A stretch of DNA of 33,918 bases from Thermotogota bacterium. Its GTDB lineage: Bacteria > Thermotogota > Thermotogae > Petrotogales > Kosmotogaceae. Position numbers and translations under genes: made by a program. Of this stretch, positions 26,700-33,918 are shown in pieces. Positions within the stretch are counted from its first letter, which is position 1; each line of letters begins with the position of its first letter. Below the pieces are notes generated by a model, which saw only the letters and a program-made list of their open reading frames with translations, had not been told where the DNA came from and did not search any database. The stretch lies in NCBI GenBank assembly GCA_034660555.1, contig JAYEJL010000181.1, positions 1-33,918 on the forward strand, read 5' to 3'.

Positions 26700-28100
26700 T
26701 TGAATTCTTCATCTAAACAAAAATTCTTTGCTTGTGTTATTGCAACTTTATTAATTAGTGTAATGATGGTAGGTACAGGGAATTTTGAATTAATATTATT
26801 CCCTGACATATCTTTTAACAATTATCCTTCAAGAGAATTTGATTATACTCCAACACTTTATGATTTAATACGATTTTACAAAGTTCCATCACTTGCCTCA
26901 TTTGGTTTCAGTTTTTCATCTAGTGATTTCAAAGCACTTATGTTTGCTGAAGTAAGACAGGATTTTTCCGCCTTTTTAAGAGGCTTTGATTGGGGTAATC
27001 TTCCCATTTGTGTAGATCCTTCACTTCCTTTTCCGGATGGTAATTATCCAATAATAGGTTTCATGGAATATTCACCAGATAATTTTTATTTTTCTATAGG
27101 AAGAAGAAAATTAAAGTGGGGACCAGCAACATATGATCTTGCTCTTTCAAGTATTTCACCTTATTATGATCACTTTTGGTTTGAGTACAATGATAGCTGG
27201 CTAAGTGATGGTAAAATGCAGTACAATTTTTTCACAATATCTGCAGATGAGAAGGTTTACAATGATAGACCCAAAACCTTAATTGGTCACAAGATACTAT
27301 TTTTGGGCGATTGGCTTTCTGTTGGGTTGGGAGAACTCAATTTAATTTATGGGAGGATACCCGATTTACAAGATCTCAGTCCTCTTATTATTTATCATCA
27401 TAGCTATCAGGAAAGTTCAAATGTTATAGCTATTGCTGATTTTAAAGCAGATTTTGGAAGAATTGAAAGTTACGGAGAATTTATCATGGATGATTTCAAC
27501 CTCTCTAGTGAATCGGTAGACTCTAACCCAACAGCTTTGGGCTTTTTTGCAGGAGTAAAATATAATCTCATTGATGGCGAGCAATTTCAGTCCTCAGGGA
27601 TGCTTTATGAAGATCATGAAATCTGTGATAGAAAAATTAATAATGGGGGACTTTGGATTGGATATGAATATTATCGTACAACCACTTACCTATATAACAG
27701 AGGTACTGAAATTGGCAAATTTACATATCCAATTCTCCTAAATGTAATGGCGCTTGATAGCTGGCCAGTTATAAATTATCCCTTTGGTTTCCCATATGGT
27801 GCAAATGCAAGACTACACTTGATTAAGGCAGATTATGAGCGTAAGAATTTAAAGGCTGGTTTAAAATTTGAATACCTTACAAAAGGCAGTTATGGTATTC
27901 AAGATGATTACAATAAGCCCTTTGACCTTGACTGGTATGAAATGACAGAACCTGTTAAAAACAGTTTTATTATCTCTGGTGAAATGCAATTGAGATTGTT
28001 TAATGCCGATCTTATTATTAGTGAAATCGGTATAAAGTTTAAAAAAGAGTCGACAAAATATTTCTTTAATATCGGTTACGGAAAACGCTTTTCTTTCTAA
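26700..28100 (+). CDS. Probable outer-membrane beta-barrel, capsule-assembly Wzi-like
   Basis: Signal peptide, IGRRKLKWGP..LALS, YGEFIMDD, FGFPYGAN, C-terminal YGKRFSF barrel signature. Confidence 0.7.
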   Translation: MNSSSKQKFFACVIATLLISVMMVGTGNFELILFPDISFNNYPSREFDYTPTLYDLIRFYKVPSLASFGFSFSSSDFKALMFAEVRQDFSAFLRGFDWGNLPICVDPSLPFPDGNYPIIGFMEYSPDNFYFSIGRRKLKWGPATYDLALSSISPYYDHFWFEYNDSWLSDGKMQYNFFTISADEKVYNDRPKTLIGHKILFLGDWLSVGLGELNLIYGRIPDLQDLSPLIIYHHSYQESSNVIAIADFKADFGRIESYGEFIMDDFNLSSESVDSNPTALGFFAGVKYNLIDGEQFQSSGMLYEDHEICDRKINNGGLWIGYEYYRTTTYLYNRGTEIGKFTYPILLNVMALDSWPVINYPFGFPYGANARLHLIKADYERKNLKAGLKFEYLTKGSYGIQDDYNKPFDLDWYEMTEPVKNSFIISGEMQLRLFNADLIISEIGIKFKKESTKYFFNIGYGKRFSF

Positions 28101-28144
28101 AATAATTAATTATTTAAGTATCTTAAAATTTGGAGGTGCATTTC

Positions 28145-29104
28145 ATGGAATATAGAAAAGTAGGAAAATGGGGTCTAAGAATCAGTGAACTTTCACTTGG
28201 CTCCTGGCTAACTTTTGGTAAACAATTAGATATTGATGGTGCAAAGAATATTGTAAGAATGGCTTTCAAAAATGGAATTAATTTTTTTGATTGTGCTGAA
28301 GCTTACGCCAATGGTATGGCAGAGTCGATGCTAGGTCAAGTATTGAAAGAATTTAAAAGAGAAGATTATGTTGTTTCAACAAAGATATTCTGGGCAGGTA
28401 AAGGGCCAAATGACTCAGGGCTTTCAAGAAAACATCTTCTTGAAGGAATCTGGAATTCATTAAAAAGAATGCAGCACGATTATGTAGATTTAGTATACTG
28501 CCACAGACCAGATCCTGAAACACCCATAGAAGAAACAGTGCTGGCAATGGACTATATCATTCGAAATGGACTTGCTCTTTACTGGGGAACATCCGAATGG
28601 AGTGCCGAACAGATTATATCAGCTCATAAAGCTTGTGAAGATTTTAACTGTGTTCCACCTGTTGTCGAACAACCTCAATACAACATGCTGGAAAGAAATA
28701 AAGTAGAAAATGAGTTTTTACCACTTTATGAAAATTATGGCATGGGACTAACCACTTTCAGCCCACTGGCTTCCGGATTATTAACAGGAAAATATAATAA
28801 TGGAATACCCAAAGGTAGCAGATTTGATGTTTTTCCAGAGCTTAAAAAGCATTTTGAGAAAAGCGGCCTATTTGATGAGAAAATTATTGGTAAAGTAAAG
28901 AATATAGGACAAATTGCGAATGAGCTGGGTGTAAAACAGACTCAATTAGCAATTGCATGGGCATTAAAGAACAAGAATGTCAGCAGCGTTATACTTGGTG
29001 TCAGCAAAACGGATCAACTTGAGGACAATCTGAAATCCATCCTGGTAAAAGAAAGAATTGATGATAACATAATGAATAAAATCAATGATATTTTAGAAGG
29101 TTGA
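28145..29104 (+). CDS. Aldo/keto reductase (Kv-beta-like subfamily)
   Basis: GLRISELSLGSW, FDCAEAY, STK, YCHRPD, WGTSEW and SPLASGLLTGKY motifs. GGAGGTG SD precedes ATG 28145. Confidence 0.95.
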   Translation: MEYRKVGKWGLRISELSLGSWLTFGKQLDIDGAKNIVRMAFKNGINFFDCAEAYANGMAESMLGQVLKEFKREDYVVSTKIFWAGKGPNDSGLSRKHLLEGIWNSLKRMQHDYVDLVYCHRPDPETPIEETVLAMDYIIRNGLALYWGTSEWSAEQIISAHKACEDFNCVPPVVEQPQYNMLERNKVENEFLPLYENYGMGLTTFSPLASGLLTGKYNNGIPKGSRFDVFPELKKHFEKSGLFDEKIIGKVKNIGQIANELGVKQTQLAIAWALKNKNVSSVILGVSKTDQLEDNLKSILVKERIDDNIMNKINDILEG

Positions 29105-29111
29105 ATAAAAA

Positions 29112-30422
29112 ATGAAGCGTAATAATTTAAGAAAATGTTTCTTTTTTTTAATTCTGCTGTCTCTTTTTTCCATATCTATTTTTTCTATTAATTTGAAATT
29201 TGAAGCCGGTTATCTTAATAATCAAATACATAGAGACAACTATTTTGATGCTATTGGTATTGAATTAGATATACCGTTATTTTCTATGATTCGATATCAT
29301 CTGGGATGCGGTTTTATTCACGATGGACAGAGACTAAGTGGTTGGGAAGATGAATTAATTGGACATAGATGGTATAACAGTTCCGGTTACTTCTACCATG
29401 AATCAGATAAACTATCTATAAAATTAGGACTACAAAACTTTTCGATTGGACTTGGAGATAAATATCCATTATTTTTTAGAGAAGAAATCGGCTCATTCAA
29501 TGGGCTTTCTCTAGAATGGTCACCAACCGATTATTTCACCTTAAGAAACAGCCTTATTCTTGTAAGGTTTGCTCCCTATGGGGTTGTTGGAGCAGAAGGT
29601 AATGCTGGGTTTTCAAAAAGTTTATATCATAGAAGTTACACATTCAAACATAATGAACTTAAATTTGGGTTTCATGACTCAATCTTTTTTATAGACAGAA
29701 ATTTTGATCCATGGTACGTTTTTTCGTTATTGCCATATACCGCTGTTCAGGAAATCAGGCATATGTCAGGACCTGAGAAAGAGCAAATAAATGATAACGC
29801 TATGATAGGAGCTTTTATAAGTTATGAGCCTGGAAAAATACGTCTTTACACAGATCTTCTTATTGATGATATAAACGCCAACGCGATTTTTGATCCCTCA
29901 AATCAAACTGTGACTAAACTCGCTGCAAATGCAGGCGCTGATTATCATATTGATTCATTAACTCTTAGTCTTGAAGGAGCAATATCTACCGCATATGTGT
30001 TTGCAAGGACCCATTCTTCTTTACCCTATGAATATTCAAAAGGAGAAAAAGAAAATGTTAAAAATTACATAATTGAAGAAAATATGCTTGGATATAAGTA
30101 TGGGGAAAATAGTTCAAGTTTCATTTTTGAACTGGAACATACCTTTGGGTTCTATGGGAGCTATGAAAACGTTCTTATAGGAACCAGAGAACCCTGGAAT
30201 CCATGGCATGGAGAATCAACATATGAGCAGGGTATGAATTTTTTCCTTGGAGGGGTGAGTGAAACAAGAAATATTTTAAAAGTCGGATTTAGGAAGGACT
30301 TTACGCTTTTTTCAGAATTATCAAAAATAGACACTTTCTTTGGCATTTGCATTAAAAATATCAACAATGAAAATACCTATCTACCTCTATTAGGAATCTT
30401 AATATCTCTTGATTGGAGGTGA
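29112..30422 (+). CDS. Second probable Wzi-like outer-membrane beta-barrel
   Basis: Signal peptide; NDNAMIG, LYTDLLIDD and LGYKYGEN occur in the same order as the matching motifs of the 26700 protein. Confidence 0.65.
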   Translation: MKRNNLRKCFFFLILLSLFSISIFSINLKFEAGYLNNQIHRDNYFDAIGIELDIPLFSMIRYHLGCGFIHDGQRLSGWEDELIGHRWYNSSGYFYHESDKLSIKLGLQNFSIGLGDKYPLFFREEIGSFNGLSLEWSPTDYFTLRNSLILVRFAPYGVVGAEGNAGFSKSLYHRSYTFKHNELKFGFHDSIFFIDRNFDPWYVFSLLPYTAVQEIRHMSGPEKEQINDNAMIGAFISYEPGKIRLYTDLLIDDINANAIFDPSNQTVTKLAANAGADYHIDSLTLSLEGAISTAYVFARTHSSLPYEYSKGEKENVKNYIIEENMLGYKYGENSSSFIFELEHTFGFYGSYENVLIGTREPWNPWHGESTYEQGMNFFLGGVSETRNILKVGFRKDFTLFSELSKIDTFFGICIKNINNENTYLPLLGILISLDWR

Positions 30423-30426
30423 TATT

Positions 30427-30849
30427 ATTCTGATAAATAAAGATAATGGGTTATTATTTATGAGATTTGACGACGGTGATTCTTTTGTGGAAGCTCTAAA
30501 CTTTAAACTAAGTGAAATGGGACTTAATTCCGGAATAGTAATTAGCGGAGTAGGTATGTTGAAAATGGTGACACTTGGATGGTTCAATTTGGATACTTCT
30601 GGATATGAACACTCCACATATTCCGAACCACATGAAGTTCTTTCACTATCCGGAAATGTTTCTTCAAAAGATGGTAACTCTTTTGCTCACATACATGCAT
30701 CTTTAGCAGGACGAGATAACAGGGTTATCGGTGGTCATCTGTTTTCAGGAACGGTATGCAATACAATTGAACTTTTTTTACTGGAAAGTAAAGCATTAAA
30801 GCTTAAACGTCAGCAGGGTGATACATTTAGACCATTAGATTATAAATAA
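30427..30849 (+). CDS. PPC/DUF296 domain protein
   Basis: MRFDDGD, SGVGML, EVLSLSGNV, HIHASL and GGHL motifs. Start uncertain: ATT 30427 or CTG 30430 fits the GGAGGTGA SD; the track uses TTG 30409. Confidence 0.88.
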   Translation: MLINKDNGLLFMRFDDGDSFVEALNFKLSEMGLNSGIVISGVGMLKMVTLGWFNLDTSGYEHSTYSEPHEVLSLSGNVSSKDGNSFAHIHASLAGRDNRVIGGHLFSGTVCNTIELFLLESKALKLKRQQGDTFRPLDYK

Positions 30850-30898
30850 CTTGCATCACTTTTTTTGTGATATTGAATATTAAGTAGGTGATTTTTTT

Positions 30899-32010
30899 AT
30901 GCTCGAAAGAATAAAATTTCGAAAGAAGAAACGAAGCGTACCCGGAACTTCTCCTGGAACTATTTTAGTTGATGAAACAATGACTAAACCAATAGTTGAT
31001 TTTTTTGACTATAACAAAGATTCCTTTAATGAAAAAACTCTTGATGATCTGGAAAACATTACTAACATTGGTGAAATAGATGAAAACACTTTAAGATGGA
31101 TAAATATTCAGGGACTTGGAGATGAAAGTCTTCTTCGCTCTCTTGGAAAAGTGTTTTCTATCCACCCACTTGTACTGGAAGATATTGTAAACACTCCACA
31201 AAGGCCCAAAGTTGATTATTATGATAATTATGTTTTTTCTGTAATGCGAATGTTCAGGCTCACCAAAAACAATCATATTATCTCAGAGCAAATAAGCATA
31301 ATAACAGGAAGAAATTTTGTTATAACCTTTCAGGAGAAGCTGGGAGACTGTCTTGATCCATTAAGAGAAAGGATAAGAAATAATAAAGGAATTATAAGAA
31401 AAATGAAGGCAGATTATCTTTCCTATGCAGTTATGGACACAATATTTGATAATTATTTCCCTGTTCTGGAAAAAATTGGAGATGATGTAGAAGAACTTGA
31501 AGACAAAATGACCTCCGGGGCAACAGAAACAGAATTGAAAATGCTCCATGAGGCAAAACACAACCTTCTCGCTTTTAGAAAAGAACTATGGCCTTCAAGA
31601 GAAATGGCTGGAAAACTTCTGCGCGAAGATACTCATTTGATAAGTAGCGATGTTAAGCTATATCTACGTGATAGTTATGATCATATTGTTCATATTATTG
31701 ATATTGTTGAAACATACAAGGAGCTTAGTACAGAGCTTATGAACATATATCTTTCATCTCTTAGCAATAAGCTTAATGAAGTTATGAAGGTTTTAACAAT
31801 AATCTCTACAATTTTTATGCTCTTTCTTTTATTGCCGGAGTTTATGGGATGAATTTTGAGTTTATGCCTGAACTTGAATACAAATACTCTTACTTTATTT
31901 TGCTGGGAATTATGTTCACGATTGGAATTACAATGTTATTCGTGTTTTTCAAAATTGGCTGGTTGGGTTCGAAGTTGAAAAGAAAAAGCAAAAACATTAA
32001 TAAACACTAA
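30899..32010 (+). pseudogene. corA: Magnesium/cobalt transporter CorA with a 1-nt deletion near 31820
   Basis: WINIQG, IHPLVLEDI, QRPK, YLRDSYDH and NEVMKVLT motifs. The shifted frame continues LSFIAGVYGMNFEFMPELEYKYSY...GWL to TAA 32008-32010. Confidence 0.9.
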
Positions 32011-32013
32011 TGG

Positions 32014-32361
32014 TCATTTTCCAAATTGTTCATCATATTGATCGTTGATTATTGGAACAATGTAGTACATGGGTTCTTCGTATGGATGGATTTCTCGAAT
32101 TACTTCAACCACATTGTTTATGTACTTCTTTTCGCATATGAATTCAACCTTTCCCTCTTTTCCGCTTTCTACATAATTAACTTTTCCTTTGTAGGGATTT
32201 GATCCTTCCAGAGGTCGCCAGTATCCTTCTACCAATGAAAAAGAGATACAGTTATCATATTTTCCAAGACTGCAAGCACCTGCATCATTTAACTTATTTC
32301 TAAGAGTTTCAACGTATTCAGCAGGAATAAAGACTTCAAATTTGACATATTTATATTCCAC
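32014..32361 (-). CDS. Stand-alone NIF3/YqfO PII-like domain protein
   Basis: KFEVFIP, AGACSLGKYDNC, RPLEGSNPYKG and HPYEEP motifs. GAGGTG SD precedes GTG 32361. Confidence 0.85.
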   Translation of the reverse strand: MEYKYVKFEVFIPAEYVETLRNKLNDAGACSLGKYDNCISFSLVEGYWRPLEGSNPYKGKVNYVESGKEGKVEFICEKKYINNVVEVIREIHPYEEPMYYIVPIINDQYDEQFGK

Positions 32362-32431
32362 ACTAAACACCTCATAACTTTTTACCTAATAATCATTGCT
32401 TAAGAACTATAAACTATTATAAACAAATTAT

Positions 32432-33184
32432 TTATTTTTTAAGAAAATAATTGTGGAGTTCCTCAAATTCTATTTTTGGTTCCAAATTGAATATTTCTTT
32501 TTTCACTGTAAAATTTACCAAACCACTTTGTTCAAGTTTTTTTATGTAATCGATTATTTCATTAATATCTAACATAAGGTATTTTAGTTTATATGATCTT
32601 AAAATATTAATTGGTATCTGTTTTTGGTCAAAAAGGTAAAAAAGAGCAAATGCAAAAGTCTCCAGCGAAGGTTTAAAGTTATTAACAACTATTGATTCTT
32701 TATTACTATAGGTAATATTTGAAAACTCGAGTAAATCTATGAAATTTTTAACAGCTTTCTTCAATTTTTTTTGGTCTAGATGAGTAAGCTGATCAGCATA
32801 ATCATAGATTTTGTTCATTTCTATCTGGCTTTTTCCCTCTTTTGAAGATTTTAAAATCATATTTACAGCCAAATCAGCCATAACCCTGTCACAAACACAA
32901 CTAATCCAGAAAATCAACTCATTCTTAACCTGTGTAGGAAGATCATTTGAATTTATCATTTGGCTCATAATTTCAAAATATCGAAAATCAATTGCATCCA
33001 GGAAGTAAGTTTTAAACCAGTTCCATATCTCATTCTGTACTCTTTCAGAGGATGCAAATGGATTATCTTTATAAAAGCATTTCTTAACCATTGATATTTT
33101 ATGTTTATCTTTTATTTGCTTAATAAAATATACTGGATAATTCGGATCATCATAATCGACAAGAACTGATGATGTTGTCCACAA
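32432..33184 (-). CDS. Hypothetical protein resembling BrxA/DUF1819 family
   Basis: SD AAGGTGA + TTG 33184. Pattern WTTS..NPF..ELIFW..DRVMAD..FAFALFYL..L.QSGLV recalls long-form DUF1819 proteins. Not verified by search. Confidence 0.55.
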   Translation of the reverse strand: MWTTSSVLVDYDDPNYPVYFIKQIKDKHKISMVKKCFYKDNPFASSERVQNEIWNWFKTYFLDAIDFRYFEIMSQMINSNDLPTQVKNELIFWISCVCDRVMADLAVNMILKSSKEGKSQIEMNKIYDYADQLTHLDQKKLKKAVKNFIDLLEFSNITYSNKESIVVNNFKPSLETFAFALFYLFDQKQIPINILRSYKLKYLMLDINEIIDYIKKLEQSGLVNFTVKKEIFNLEPKIEFEELHNYFLKK

Positions 33185-33615
33185 ATTATCACCTTCTCTA
33201 TTTAACATAAACTTAGTATAACATTATTTTATGCAATATATTAACTATAATTTCACTTTATTTTTCATAAATTAGCGTAATTTTTGAGAAAGTTCAGGAA
33301 ATAATTATTTACTAGAAGTGTCTATCTGATAAGGCTTACAAAAATGAATAATTTGTTTTTTTATCAAGATCGGTTGATTTATCAGTAATTTCTTCATCAT
33401 ATTTTTTTAGATGTTCGGTTTACTTACTATTCATATTACTTTGTCATCTATCAATGGCAGAATGGTTTTTTAATGAAGTATCTGCAAATCATCTGCATAA
33501 AAATTGAACTTCAATATCAGTAGAGAACATATTATGAAGTGATTAATCAAAAATTCTTTGTGCTCGAACGGTTAAAGAAAGCAAGATTTTAAATCTAATT
33601 TATATCACCAGTATG

Positions 33616-33642
33616 AAAAAAGCTCCCCAATTAGAGGAGCTT
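33616..33642 (-). terminator. Intrinsic terminator for the right-edge gene
   Basis: Minus strand: aagctcctc-taatt-ggggagct followed by a T-run. Confidence 0.75.
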
Positions 33643-33660
33643 CGGAAATTGTTATAAAGT

Positions 33661-33918
33661 TTATTTGTTTTCTTTGGCTAATTTAACAAGTCCTATAATT
33701 GTTATGAAACCACCTATAAAGAATACAATCCAGCTAGTCCAGTTTAATGAAAGTTGCATTGCCATTTCCTGTTGCATTTGAGGAAATTCATTTCCAAATT
33801 GACCAAAATTACCCATCTGATTCTGGAATGAATTATACGATGAAATATCACTCATGAATGTGAAAAATCTAAACATAAAAATACCTATACTTACCAGACC
33901 GGTAATCCATACTAATTC
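33661..33918 (-). CDS. 3' part of a membrane protein entering from the right edge
   Basis: Frame stays open to the window end (ELVWITGLVSIGIFMFRF...). Two hydrophobic segments flank a Q/N/M-rich loop. Confidence 0.7.
   Translation of the reverse strand, partial: ELVWITGLVSIGIFMFRFFTFMSDISSYNSFQNQMGNFGQFGNEFPQMQQEMAMQLSLNWTSWIVFFIGGFITIIGLVKLAKENK

Noticed and set aside
436..33008. Many short antisense or nested ORFs in the track (e.g. 1109-1465, 8812-9210, 13176-15262 plus strand, 23070-23471)
   Set aside because: Shadow frames of well-supported genes, with no recognisable motifs.
33320..33600. Possible decayed minus-strand gene upstream of the BrxA-like gene
   Set aside because: The best frame has four internal stops and no recognisable family; cannot be supported without a search.
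1..33918. CRISPR array, tRNA, rRNA, prophage
   Set aside because: No spaced direct repeats, tRNA cloverleaf with T-loop consensus, rRNA-like segment or phage genes seen by manual reading.

Overview
AT-rich bacterial chromosomal window, mostly housekeeping genes. Gene content suggests Thermotogota, possibly Kosmotogales/Petrotogales (inference from the MBL hydrolase-L7Ae-infB cluster without nusA/rbfA, the TM0930-type MoxR/VWA operon and a short RpoN). It encodes a B12-radical SAM enzyme with an unannotated 39-aa ORF upstream, YbhB/PEBP, TrmO, a two-subunit aldehyde:ferredoxin oxidoreductase, a MoxR-VWA/peptidase operon, infB, an MMPL transporter, rpoN-thiN-yfcE, Nnr, Fe-ADH, AKR, two Wzi-like barrels, a frameshifted corA and an orphan BrxA-like gene. 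Signals the ORF track does not explain: (1) a self-contained, highly structured ~143-nt transcription unit at 24.43-24.61 kb (promoter, perfect 22-bp palindrome, three-way junction burying a strong SD and a 14-codon ORF, terminator); (2) two probable AUU start codons, one on the L7Ae gene overlapping infB; (3) a 526-bp internally deleted ISL3 element with both terminal inverted repeats beside a decayed cupin-fprA operon. No rRNA, tRNA or CRISPR array was seen. Family calls come from motif recognition, not database searches.
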